Source: Antechinus flavipes
Lineage: Eukaryota
NCBI RefSeq assembly: GCF_016432865.1
Contig: NC_067404.1
Span: forward strand, 66,092,001 to 66,156,000
Reading direction: 5' to 3'
DNA: 64,000 bases
Position 1 is the stretch's first letter, and each line of letters begins with the position of its first letter. Both the position numbers and the translations under genes were made by a program. The notes below the pieces were generated by a model, which searched no databases, had not been told where the DNA came from, and saw only the letters and a list, made by a program, of their open reading frames with translations. This document shows, piece after piece, positions 38,456 through 51,214 of the stretch.

Positions 38456-41360
38456 ATGGCAGGAAATACACAGTTAATAATTTTAACAGAAAAAAAAAAA
38501 CAGAAGCAGATAGAAGATTGGATTAAAAGCCAGAATTCTACAATATGTTATATAAAAGAAACACATTTAAAGCAGAGTGATACATATGGAGTAAGCAGAA
38601 TCTATTGTACTTCAGCTGATGTAAAAAAAAAAAAAAAAGCAGGGGTAGAGCTTGCTCTTGATCGCAGATCAAGCAAAAGAAAAAACAGATCTAATTAAAA
38701 GAGTTAAGTGAAGTTAAGCTATTTTGCTCAACTGTATGCCAAGAAATCTGATAATATAAATGAAATGGATGAATACTTACAAAAATATAGATTGTCCAGT
38801 TAACAGAGGAGGAAATGAATTACTTACATAGTCCCATTTTAGAAAAAGAAATTAAACAAGCTATTAATCAACTCCCTAAGAAAAAATCTCCAGGGCCAGA
38901 TGGATTTACAAGTAAATTGTACCAACCATTTAAAAACAATTAATTCCAATATGATACAAACTATTTGGAAAAATAGGGAAACAAGGGATCCTTTTATGAC
39001 CCAGATATAGTACTGATAGCTAAAGCAGGTGGGGACAAAACAGAGAAAGAACATCATAGAGCAATTTCCCCAATGAATATGGAGGCAAAAACCTTTAAAA
39101 AAATCAGCAAAGAGATTACAATAAATAATCATCAGAATAGTACACCATGACCAAATAGCATTTATAGCAGGAATGCAGAGCTGGTTCAATATTAGGAAAA
39201 CTATTAGCATATTTGAGTATATCAATAAACAAACTAACAGAAATCATATGATTATCTCAATGGATGTAGAAAAGGCATTTGACAAAACAAAACACTAATT
39301 CCTATTAAAAGCACTAGAGAGCATAGGAATAAGTAGTCTTCTTTAAAATGATTAGTAGCGTCTATTAAAAATGATCAGCAAGCATCATATGTAATGAGCA
39401 TAAACTAGAAACACTGCCAGTAAGATAAGTGGTGAAACAAGGTTGCTGACTATCACCATAGGTATTCAATATTATATTAGAAATGTTAACTACAGCAATA
39501 AGAGAAGAAAAAGAAATTAAAGCAGTTAGATTAGGTAATGAGGAAACCAAATGACCACTTTTTGCAGATAATATGATAGTATGCTTAGAGAATACTAGGG
39601 AATCAACTAAAAAACACTAGAAACAATTAACAACTTTAGGAAAATTGTAGGATCCAAAATAAATCCACATAAATCATCAGTATTTCTATATGTTACCAAC
39701 AAAGTCCAGCAGCAAGAGATTCAAAGAGAAATTCCATTTAAAATAACTGCAGGTAATATAAAATATTTGGGAGTCTACTTGCTAAGACAAAGTCAGGAAC
39801 TATATAAACATGATTACAAACCACTTACTACATAAAGTCAGATTTAAGCAAGAGGAAGAATATCAAGTGCTCATGGGTAGGCTGAGCTAATACAATAAAA
39901 ATGACAATTCTACCTAAATTAACTTATTCAGTGCCATACCAATCAAACTGCCAAGAAACTACAGAGATAGAAACAATAACAAAGTTCACCTTTAAGAACA
40001 AAAGGTCAAGAATTTCAATGGAATTAGTGAAAATAATGCACATCAAGGTGGCCTTGATCTAACAAGATCTAAACTTGTAACAGATCTAAAACTATATTAT
40101 AAAGCAATGGTCATCAAAACCATTTGGTACTGGCTAAGAAACAGAGTAGTCAATTAGTGGAATAGGTTAGGTTCACAGGACAAAATAGTCAATGACTATA
40201 AAAATCTAGTGTCCAACAAACCCAAAGCACTAGCTTTTGAGATATGAACTCACTATTTGACAAAAATTGCTGGGAAATTTGTGAAACAGTGTGGCAGAAA
40301 CTAGGCACTAACAACCTAACACCAAGATTAGGTTGAAATAGGTTCATGATTTAGACAAAGAGTGTTACTATAAGCAAATTAGAAGAACAAAGTACATTCT
40401 CCCTCTCAGGTCTGTGGAGAAGGAAGTAATTTATAACCAAAGAAGAACTAGAGTACAGTACAAACTGCAAAATGGATAATTTGCTTATATTATATTAAAA
40501 AGTTTTTGTACAAACAAAACCAATGCAGACAAGATTAGAAGGAAAGCAGTAAACTGGGGAAAAATCTTTACATTGAAGAGTTCCAATAAAGTCTTATTCC
40601 TAAAATATATAGAGAATTGACACAAATTCATAACAATATACAAGCCATTCTCCAACTGATAAATGATCAAAGGATGTGAACAATTTTTGCACAAAGAAAT
40701 TAAAACCATTTCTAGTCATATAAAAAATTTCTCTAAGTCACTACTGATGAGAGAAATGCAAATTAAGTCAACTCTGAGGTACTACTGAATACCTCTCAGA
40801 TTGGCTACGATGACAGGAAAAGATAATGACAAACACTGGAAGGGATGTGGGAAAACTGGGACACTAATACATTGTTGATGGAGTTGTAACACTAATACAT
40901 TGTTTTTTGTTTGTTTTGGTTTGTTTTTTTTGTTGTTTTTTACTTTTTACTAATACATTGTTGATGGCATTCTGATTCTACCATTCTTGAGATCAATTTT
41001 GAACTGTGCCCAAAGGGCTATCAAACTGTACATATCCTTTGATCCAGAAATATTCCTACTGGGCCTATATTCTAAAGAGAGCATAACAAAAGGAAAAAGA
41101 CACACATGTGTGAAAATGTTTGCTGCAGCCTTTTGTAGTGGCAAGGAACTAGAGACTGAATGGATGCCTATTGGGAAATTGCTGAAAAAGTTAAGGTATA
41201 TGAATGTAATAGAATATTATTGTTCTATAAGAAACGATCAGCAGGATGATTTCAAAAAGGCCTGGAGAGACTTGCATGAACTGATTCTAAGTGAAGTGAG
41301 CAGAACCAGGAGAACACTATACACAGCAATGGCAAGATCATATGATGATCATTTCGTATG
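38456..41360 (+). pseudogene. L1 ORF2 remnant
   Basis: MAGNTQLIIL start, aaatctccagggccagatggattt (KSPGPDGF), gaaaaggcatttgac (EKAFD), tttgcagataatatg (degenerate FADDM), C-terminal YCSIRNDQQDDFKKAWRDLHE. Confidence 0.92.
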
Positions 41361-42294
41361 GGCGTGGCTGTTTACAATAATGAGATGATCCAGGCCAATT
41401 CCAATAGTCTTGTGATGGAGAGAATCATTTACACCCAGAGAGAAAGCTGTGGGGACTGAATGTGGATCACCACACAGTATTTTTCACCTTTATGTTATTT
41501 GCTCATTTTTTTTTCCTTTTTGATCCAATTGTTCTTCTAACAGCATGATAAATGTGAAATGTGTTTAGAAGAATTGCACATGTTTAACATATATTGGATC
41601 ACCTGCAGTCTAGGAAAGGGGGTGAGGGAAAGGAGGGAGAAAAAATGAGGAACACAAGATTTTGCAAGGGTGAATGCTGAAAACCTCAAAATTATCTGAT
41701 TTGCATTTCTCCTACTATTAATGATTCGGAGCATTCTTTCATATAGATTGCAATTCTTTGGAAAACATCTCATATAAATCATTTGACCATTTGTTTACTG
41801 GGGAAATGACTATTACATTTATAATTTTTGTCATTTCTATATCTTGGATACCAAACCCTATCAGAGAAATGGGATACAAAGATTTATTTTCATTTGTCCA
41901 CTTTTCTTATCTTCAATGCATTAATCATTTCCATGCAAAAGCTTTTCAGTTTCAAGGGATCAAGTATTTTTATAAGTACCTTTGTCACCTGTTTAAGAAT
42001 ACATTCACCCATACATCTAGAATCTGTTTTTCCCAATTTTAAAAATAGTATTAACACTGCATATCCAGTTAGAATGTATTTACAATGTGGTGTAAGGTCT
42101 TGGTCTACACCTAATCTTCCAGACTCCTTTAAAGTTTTCTCAGCATTTTTTTTGTCAAATAGAGAGTTTTTCCCCAAGTAACTTGTGTGTTCTACTTTAT
42201 CAAACACTGAGGTATTGAATTCTACTGTTTCTGAATCTCCCTCATCTATACAGTTTCATTGAGCACACGCGCTCGCTCTTGCTCTCTCGTGCGT

Positions 42295-42296
<2 letters not shown>

Positions 42297-42340
<44 letters not shown>
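42297..42340. repeat. (TC)22 microsatellite
   Basis: Counted directly. Confidence 0.96.
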
Positions 42341-42348
<8 letters not shown>

Positions 42349-42939
42349 CTTTAACCAATACCAATATGGTTTTCATAACTGCTATTTTAGAATATAGTTT
42401 GAGAGGTCTATAAGAACTATTCTACCTTTGTTCTTCTTTTCATTGTTTTCCTTGATATTCCAGATTTTTTTCTAAATGAAATTTGTTTTTATTTTTTCAA
42501 GTTCTATTAAGTATACTTTCAGGAATGTGATTGGTATAGCATTAAAAGTTTAAATTAGTTTAACAATACTATTATTTTTATTATACGGGTATGGCCTAGT
42601 GGTGAGTCTTAAATAATCTTCCCACCATTTAAGTTATTTTTTTTCCATTTAAGAAATACTTTGTAATTGAATTTATCTAATCTTTTGTATGCTTGGGTAG
42701 GTTGAACCAAAGATATTTAATACATTTTGTAGTTACTTGGAATGAAATTTCCCCATCACTGATTATTATTACATAAATATGTGGTTGATTTTAAATAATC
42801 TATTTTGTAGCCTTCAACTGTGTTGAAGCTATTAATTATCTCTTTCTTTGCTGTTTTTCTAAGATTTTCCCAGGGTATCATCATATCAGCACATAGGGAG
42901 AGTTTTATTTGTTTTTTAACTATCTTTCTTTCTTTAATG

Positions 42940-43162
42940 TGGGCAGTTATATGACATAGTAGCTAAAGTCTTGGGACTTCCTCAGTCTGAATCCAATCTC
43001 AGACATTGACTAACTGTGTGACCGTGAGCAAGTCATTTAACTATTTGCCTTAGTTTTATCATCTGTAAAATGAGGAGTAAAAAAAGTCAAACCACTCCAA
43101 CATCTTTGCCAAGAAAACCCCAAAAAAGTCCATGAAGAATCGACAACTGAAAGTGAACAAGG
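42940..43162 (+). mobile_element. MAR1-type SINE nested in L1
   Basis: aaaccactccaacatctttgccaagaaaacccc tail; possible TSD ctttaat (42932-38, 43164-70). Confidence 0.88.
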
Positions 43163-43734
43163 CCTTTAATTGCTCTGCTCTTATTGCTATTGTTAGCAAT
43201 GGCAGAATTGTATCAAATAATGGTGCCCATCTTTGCTGCACTCCCATATTTATTGGAAATGGTTCTAATATATTCCTATTGCAAAAGATGTTTGCTTTTG
43301 GTTTTAGATGGATACTTTTAATGATATTTTTAAAAAGTATCTCTGCCTATACTTTGTAGTAATTGTAGTAAGAGTGTTATACTTTGTCAGAGGTTTTTTC
43401 TGTATCTATAGAGATGATTACATGGTTTTGGATGATTTGATTTCAAATATGATTAATTAGGTTGATTGTTTTCCTTATGCTCAACCATCCTTGTACCCCT
43501 GGAATGAATCCCACTTGGTCATAATGAATGACTTCTTGGATAAATTGTTGTAGTCTGTTTCATAGGATTTTGTTTAAAAATTTCAACTCACTGTTCATTA
43601 ATGTTGTTAGTCTTTAGTTTTCTTTCTAAGTTTTGTCTCTCTATGGTTTAAGTATTAGGAATATTTGTCTCATAAGAAGATTTTGATGGGGTGCTTTCTT
43701 TCTCGTGTTTGAGAATAATTTGTGGAGTATGGGC

Positions 43735-43972
43735 TTTGTTGTTCAGTGTAATTAGTCATATCCAACTCTTTATGACCTATTTGGGTTTTCTTGGTAAAAA
43801 AAAATCCTGTAGCTTATTTTACAAATTAGGAAAGTGAGGAAAACAGGTTTAATTATCTTGCTCAAAACTACACAGCTAATAACTGTTTGAGGTCAGATTT
43901 CAACTGAGGAAGATGAGTCCTCCTGATTCCAGGCCCAGTGTTATATGCTGTACACCACTACCTAGCTGCTCC
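43735..43972 (-). mobile_element. MAR1-type SINE nested in L1
   Basis: ttgttgttcagt...gggttttcttgg...gaagatgagtcctcctgattccaggccc...cctagctgctcc. Confidence 0.85.
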
Positions 43973-45789
43973 AGGAATAGAGATAGTGATAGTTCTTTAA
44001 TAGTTTGATAACATTCTCCTATGAATCCATGAGGATCAGAAGTTTCTGTTTTTAGCAGCTCCTTTATATCTAGATCTATTTCCTTGTCTGAAACGAGGTT
44101 AAGATCTCAGTCTGATCTTCTGATAACTTGGATATTTTATATTTTTAAACATTTCTTGATTTCTTTTATGCTGCCAGTATTGTACTATGTAACTGTATGT
44201 AGTATGTTCTGATTATTCTTTAAACATCTTCTGATTTTAATGGGGTCTCATTTTGCTCACTTGATGTGATTTTCTGTTCCCTTCTTTTTAATGAGAATAG
44301 CTAAAGATTTATTAATTGTATCAGTCTTTTCAAAAAATCAACTGTCAGTTTTATTTATAATTTCTATAGGTTGTTTCTAATTCATCTAGTTCTCTAATTT
44401 TTAATATAACATCATTTGCTGATTTCAAGTTTATTTGTTGTATTTTTAGTTTTAATCCATATTCAATTCATTCATTCTTTTTTTGTTGTTAATATATGCT
44501 TGTAAAGATAAAATTTTTTTCTATTAGTTGGTCTCTGACCAATCTAAATAATGACTATTATTTAGGATTTCACTGCATCTTTTGTTTATGGTCCTTGAAA
44601 TAACTCCTATTTTTATTTCATTATGGGCATATAAAGGATATATTAGCTACTTCTGGCTTTTTAACATTTATTTTTTATATTTCTGTGCCCTAAAGCATTT
44701 CAATTTTTGTAAAAGTTCCACGAGGAGAGGAATATGTAAATTTTTTTGCAGTCCTATTTAGAAGATACCACAAGTCTTTTAACTTTGATTTCTCCAGGAA
44801 TTTGTTCGGTTCCATCTATTCCCTTTGGTTTATCTTTCTGTTAGACTTATCTAAAACTGAGTAAAGGAAACTCAAGTCTTTATTGGGTTACTGTCTATGA
44901 CTGTGAATCTCATAATACATCCTTTATGAATTTGGATGCTAAGATATTTGAGAATATATGTTTATTACTGGTACTACTTAGCTCTTTATGGTTCTTCTCA
45001 GCATAATACAGATTCCCTATTTATTTATCTCTACTTTTTGAATGTCTGTTTATGCTTTGTCAGATAGCCTGAGCCCAACTCCTGCATTTCTGAATCACAA
45101 TACATATTTTTTTCTCTTATCTCTTCAGTTTTATTTTGTGTCTATGTTATTAAATGTGTTTCTTAAAAACAATAGATTGTAATTTTATTTCCTGACCTAA
45201 TCTGTTTTTTTTTGATTTTTGTATTTAATTCATTCACATTTAAACTTATAAAAGTTAGTTCTGTATTTGTCTCTAACTTTCTCTCATGTTTTTAAGTTAT
45301 GAGTTTCCCTCTTTCCTGCTGTAATCACAATACTAATTTTTTTCAAAGCAACCCTCTTTCCATTGGCTGCTGAAGAAGGCTCTGGAATCCCCACATTTTC
45401 GACTTCTTTAAAAGAAGGCTCTAAGATCATTTTACTGAATTTCTTTTGATTGATCTCTCCATTTGGCTTTCTACTCTAAAATGGTGGGTTCCACAAGCAC
45501 AGGACTACCAAGAGAGCTCTCAGGTATTACAAAGCAATAAACCAACAGGACTTTATTGAACCACTACTATAATGATGATACCACATTGAATTTCATCAAG
45601 GAAAATGGAAATCCTTGCAGCTATAGGCAACTCTTTTTTTCTACTCAATGTACTAGCAAACATTTCAAATCATAAACTTTAATAAAATCAAAAATTTAAA
45701 ACAAGACATTGGGAACATGTGATAGGGATGCTAAAGGACAACCATTTTTGTTGGTATCAAATTCGAAGGGTAAAGAAAGAGGAAGGGAA

Positions 45790-45990
45790 TAATCATTTAT
45801 TAACTGTTTACCACATGGTGGGTACTATGCTAAGTGCTTATTTGATCCTCAAAACAACATTAATGGAAAATGAGGCAGGCAGAGGTTTACTGACTGTCTC
45901 AGAGCAATACAATGAGTAAGTGTCTGAGTTCATTATTTGAACAAAAGTCTTCCTGATGCCAGATCCAGGGTAATCCACTGAGCCAATTAA
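45790..45990 (-). mobile_element. MIR SINE
   Basis: atcatttattaactgtttacc...tgctaagtgctt...gatcctcaaaacaac...tcttcctgatgccagatcc. Confidence 0.75.
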
Positions 45991-46027
45991 GTGCCAGGAA
46001 GTATAAACCCAGACATCCTTGTTTCTT

Positions 46028-46207
46028 TTCTTCTTCTTCTTTTTTTCCCCTTTAGTTAAAGTAATTGGGGTTAAGTGACTTGCCCAGGGTCACACAGTTC
46101 CCAGGGTCACACAGTTAGGATGTATGAAGTGTCTGAGGCCAGATTTGACCTCAGGTCCTCCTGACTTCAGGGCTGGTGCTCTATCCACTGCCCCACCAAG
46201 CTGCCCC
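46028..46207 (-). mobile_element. WSINE1-type SINE, young, with internal 17-bp tandem duplication
   Basis: ggggttaagtgacttgcccagggtcacacag...gtctgaggccagatttga...ctctatccactg...agctgcccc; T-rich tail; imperfect TSD catcct(t/a)gttt at 46014 and 46208. Confidence 0.92.
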
Positions 46208-46599
46208 CATCCTAGTTTTTATTAGCAGGACAAAAGCCAAGATGATTGGCAGTGGATAACTTTAGCATTTTCCACATCTGACTAAGTTCCAGGTACTCCA
46301 AAGTGCCTGCTTTAGTTCACCGGGGAAGTGTTCACATGTTTGGAGTACTCTTGCTCCCAATTCACTGACAGATTTGCAGCCTGTTGATTACCTTCAACCA
46401 GGCTTAACTCATCTGCCAAGATGGGTGTTATCAGGATGTGGCGGCTCTGCAGGTTACAAATAGATTTATATAGACGATGGAGGAAGCCGTCTCTATTTTA
46501 TGCCTACAGGACCTCATGGGATAATCAAAAGCAAGAGTTTACTAGATACTGTGTGAAACAGTTCTTTTTTATTGTCCTTAAGTCTCTCTTAGGCTCCCT

Positions 46600-46860
46600 G
46601 TGAGTTGCAAGGAAACTTAGAATCCCACCCTTTTCCAGATGAAGAGAGCCACAGAAAGCTCAAGTGCTTTGCCCTGGAGTTAACAAAATGAGGATTTGAA
46701 CCCACATTCTCTGAAGCCAAATCCAATACACCCTGTACTGCTTTCTCAATTTTGATCTTCTGAGATTTCAAAGATTCACCGACACTTCAAGTTAGAAGAG
46801 AGTTTACAGATAACTTACTCCCATCCCTTGCTTTTTCTGGATGAGGAAAGTGGATCCCCA
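46600..46860 (-). mobile_element. MIR and MIR3 fragments
   Basis: ccagatgaagagagccacagaaagctcaagtgctttgcc...; gagtttacagataacttactccc. Confidence 0.6.
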
Positions 46861-48519
46861 AATTGTTGCTCAAGCTTCTACAGCAGGCAAGTGTGTAACT
46901 TGAGACTAGAACTCAGCCCTTTTGGTCCAAAATACTTGCAAGAAGCTCAACTCTGTTATATTGTTATTGGAGGAGAAAAAAGATGTAAAAACTCTCTTAA
47001 GGCTTGTTTCTTTCTTCAGTAATGATATACAATTCTATGCCACAAAAAAAGTAATTACTTTTTTTCCTTTTCCCAAAAAATATAGTCAGCAATAATTGAA
47101 ACATTTAAAATGTAACATATGACAAAGAAATGTGGTATGATGGATTCATCCTTCTTCTCACAGATTTTTTTCCAGAAAAAAATGTATATTCATGAAAGAG
47201 AAGAGGATGGTGGGAAATGCTGGCTTCATGACAAATGTGCCCAGATACAGAGGGGAAAGTTGCCCAAGTGCTGTAACGCTTTATCATAACAAAACAGAGA
47301 CAACAAATTGTCAGCAAGGCAGCAGCAGAAAGCCAACACAACGGAATTGCATTTATCTTAATCTGCTCCACTGAGCTATGTATAACATTTGACATTCTGT
47401 CATAAATTTTATATTTATGGAGCCAGCCTGTGACACTGCTATCTGTTTGGTTGTGGGTAGCCTGAGAACTTATGCATTTAAAATCATTAGAATGAGCTTT
47501 ACAAAAAAACCCAACAACCTTCCACCCGCTTAAATGAACAGAAACAGGATTTTGACATATCAAATGAATACTTTCTTTCCTCTAGCCATTAACTGGCAGA
47601 AGACAAACAAATGAACGGCTGGCATAAGGCTTGGCCTGTCCTCTGATGCTCCTATTTTGGGCCTTGCTAAACTTGTTCATTCTAGAGGATGGTGCGAACC
47701 AGAAATTTCACAAAATCATTAGGATCTGATTTTCAGGGAGGAGGTATCTGGTGAGGATCTGTGGTTTCATTGGTCTAAGGAACTCCAAGTGAGGAAAATC
47801 TCCCCACTCATACAGATGTGTTGCTTTGCCTTACTGTTTTGGGGCACTGTCAGCAGACCTAGATGATTAAGAGACTGCCCAGGGTTACAGTCAGTGTGTA
47901 TCAAACGGGGGTCCAGAATTCAGGGTTTTGTGATTCACGCTAACCGTCTATCTCCAAAGTCATTCTTCCCCTCATCATTTAATGAGTTAACCAAAGCAAG
48001 TCATTTTTAAACATACTTCTAGGCCAGACAGCTTACTATGACAGAAAAAACCAAAGCCATCCCCTTTTATCTGTATTAAAGCTTGGGTTCAACAGTACTC
48101 CTTTCACAGGCAACAGTTAACATAAATTATTTTCTTGAATCCCCTTTAGCAGCTTCAAAGTCTAGGTCCCTATGGTTATTTCATGCCTCTCATTGCAAAA
48201 TTCATTAGAAGTTCTTTTTCCCCCTTATGCATATGATGAAACTCTTTTAATTCTTTAGGTATTACAGAAGTTGTCTGGGTACTTTTTGTCATTGCGTGGC
48301 AAGTCATACTTATGAGTTCAAAATGATGCAACTAGTAAATTTATTTATGGAAGGGGAGCAGATGTCTAAGGCCAACCAAGAAAACTCTCTGTTCTGTTCT
48401 GTCCTTGGAGGGCACACCATCTTGGTCTTCTTCCTGGATCTGCCTTTTCGATTTAATTTTGGAGGGAGTAGGAGGATATGAGCTAAAGAGGGGAGAGAAA
48501 GTATTGCTCCTTTACAGAT

Positions 48520-48710
48520 GAATGGGAACCATGGTACAGTGGAAAGATCACTGGGTCTATGGACAGATGGCAGTGCTCTTTAAAATCATGGTCCTGATGC
48601 CTGATAACAGAATTCTCAAGTCACTAATCCCTCTGGACCTCATTTTTATCTTCTACAAAATCAGAATGGCAAAACACAAGACCTTTGAGATCTCATCTCA
48701 ACCATTTCTA
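48520..48710 (+). mobile_element. MIR3-type SINE
   Basis: ggtacagtggaaagatcactggg...caagtcactaatccctctggacctcattttt...acctttgagatc. Confidence 0.75.
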
Positions 48711-48939
48711 AAACTAATGTCCTTAAAGAGACAGAAAGGGAGAAGCAAGTGAATCAACAAGGGGTCAAATTATCGTGACAACCTTCCCAGTGGCAAAAAG
48801 GAACAATAGCAATGGCAGTAGTTATTTGGGTTAAAAAGTCACTATGCCAGGTTTGAAACTCATTCACATGTATCTGGTAAAGGAAATAGATGCAATCAAA
48901 ATTCTCCTCTTCTCATCACTTACCATGAATAATAACTTT

Positions 48940-49080
48940 GCTGTTTTTTAGTTGTTTTAGTCAAATCTGAATCTTCGTGATCCCTTTGGGCATTCTTGGT
49001 AAAAGATGCTAGAAGAGTTTGTCATTTCCTTCTCCAGCTCATTTTACAGATGAAGAAACTGAGGCAAACAATTATATAGC
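48940..49080 (-). mobile_element. MAR1-type SINE 3' half
   Basis: tttccttctccagctcattttacagatgaagaaactgaggcaaac. Confidence 0.85.
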
Positions 49081-49969
49081 ACTTCAAGGTTTGTTTTCTT
49101 TTTAATTTTCTTCTCAGACTCTGTTACTATTTCTGCTCATTTTGGTGATCTCAGCTCCTCTGGTTTGATCCTCAGGCATCACTATTACCTAGGCCTTTTC
49201 AATTCTAAGACCTGGAACCCTGGTCACCAGCTCCCCGTGCTTTCTCATTCTGGGAGTCTGTAGTTTCCTCTACCCTGCCACTCATACTGCAATAATAGCC
49301 CAGCTGAAACCTCCACTCTAGATTCCACTCTAGAGACCTTCAGTTTAGACTATGCACCCCTCTACAAACCATGGGCCTTGCCAGAAGTATAGTACATAAG
49401 CTCAAAACGATTCTATAGAAATTACAATGTTTGACCGAGAGGGCCATGTATTTTTCCTGCTTTTATTAATTCTAATTTTTTGGAAAAGGGGGTTAATAAC
49501 ACATTAGCAGGGAGACTAATTTTTCAGTGGCAACAACTGTGGATAACGACCCTTGGGGGCAATTCCAACGCAAAGGAAATCCTAGATTTTTGAACTCTTG
49601 ATGACAGTTAATACACTCCGTGAAACCCTGGGGAAGTCTTCCCTTCTCTGCAGCTCATTTTCCTCATCTATAAAATGAGGCTATTGGAGAAAAGATTTCT
49701 AAGGCTTCTTTTAGATCTGTTATCCTACATACTCATAACAAAATAAGAATCCCAAATCAGTGCTGATTTCACCAGTTTGTCCAGACTCTCCTCTTCTCAA
49801 GTGGAAAAACAACTAAGAAAGAGACTGCTTCTAATCTCCAGGTAGTCTGTAGGGAAATGAGAGGGTGAGGGGTCTAGGAGTTTGCCAAAACATCTGGGGA
49901 GCACCTCTAACACCACACTGAGATGGGGTTCCATAGGACACAGCTCATAGCTGAGGAGCCCTGCTAACA

Positions 49970-50190
49970 ATAATGAAAGCTGGCATTTCTAAAGTGTTTT
50001 CAGGTTGGCAAAGCACATGCATCATTGAATTTTATCTTCACAATAGCTTCCACCATAGGAAATACTGTCAACGTTTTACAGATAGAGAAACTAAGTCTCA
50101 CTGAGATGATGTGACAAGCTTTGGGTTACAAAATAGTTCATCTTACTTTGCTTAAGTTCTATGTGGAGCACAAGTCTTCTTGAATCCAGG
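49970..50190 (-). mobile_element. MIR SINE
   Basis: aacaataatgaaagctggcattt...ttttacagatagagaaactaagtc...aagtcttcttgaatccagg. Confidence 0.75.
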
Positions 50191-51214
50191 CCTGGCACTC
50201 TCTGCCATGTCCAGCAGCCATATGAGGGTGTAAAAGGGTTTGACGCCAAGAGTGGAGGATCAGGCATTTCAAGGGCAGGCACAAAGCTACTTCATCAATC
50301 TCTTGGCAAGCAGGTTGATCCTCACTCCACAGACCAGATAAATCTTCAGTCATAATTTCTTTGTGACCAAAAGATATATATGGCTGGCTAACTGGTAATC
50401 AAACAAGAGCAAAGCACTGTACTTAACTGTGGTAAGGATGACCAGAATGAAGGAGGTGGTGCTAAGAATAAATAAAAAAAAAACTCGGGCAATTTTATAA
50501 TTTTATGAATTAAACACGATTTCTGGCATTTCATGTGGCAACAACTCAAACGTAAACCCATTGCCACCCCGAGTACATATAAATAGGAATAAGCTGTTGA
50601 CATATAAGTAGAACTAGGAACTGACAAGTAGCAGGCAAATATATTAAAACGGGAAACTGGGAAGTCAGCCACGAAGAACAATAGTTTCCCTTCAAAACAT
50701 ACAAGAGTTTTCCTTTTGCTTCAAAATGTGAAGTGTGTTGAATTCTATTTGGAAGGCTCATGGGCACAGTGCCAGCATGAGGCATCTCACTGGATAGCTT
50801 ACCAATAGCTATTCCTTGGCCAAAAGTGGGTGATGGGCAGAATTTGTTCTGTTGCTTTTCATTTGATCTGTTCTTCCTCCTTTCTCCATCTATGGTACCA
50901 CCTAGTCCTCCTCCTTAAGGTCTCCAAAGTTCTCACACTGTTCGATGGCATCCAAGTAGCACCTGCTCCAGGGTGGGCTTCTGAGGCATGCTCTCTCTCT
51001 CTTCCTAAACCAAATGCGACCTCTTGTATCTCAGGTCCTCAGAGTCTTTTAGGTAAGTGAAGACAGTAAGAAACTAATCTATGGTAAAATGGGCATGGCA
51101 GACAATGGCCTAATTCATTCATTTGTCTAATTTTACTTATGTTCTACACAGAACACAAACTGTTGGTATATTGGCAATTGTGGTAAAGTTTGCATTTTAA
51201 CAGTTCTTTGAAGA

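Larger units (their letters stand above)
36301..41685 (+). mobile_element. Near full-length decayed L1 with internal deletion, poly(A) missing
   Basis: 5' UTR-like start, ORF1, inter-ORF region, ORF2 EN/RT/C-terminus and 3' UTR in order; ends at gaatgctgaaaac. Confidence 0.95.
41690..45300 (-). mobile_element. Older L1 ORF2 (EN to near C-terminus) lacking its 3' end
   Basis: ttatctgatttgcatttctcc, gaatgaatcccacttggtcataatgaatg and other antisense ORF2 hallmarks; carries two nested MAR1 SINEs. Confidence 0.88.

Noticed and set aside
46120-46207. tRNA-like A/B boxes
   Set aside because: These are the tRNA-derived heads of CORE-SINEs, not tRNA genes.
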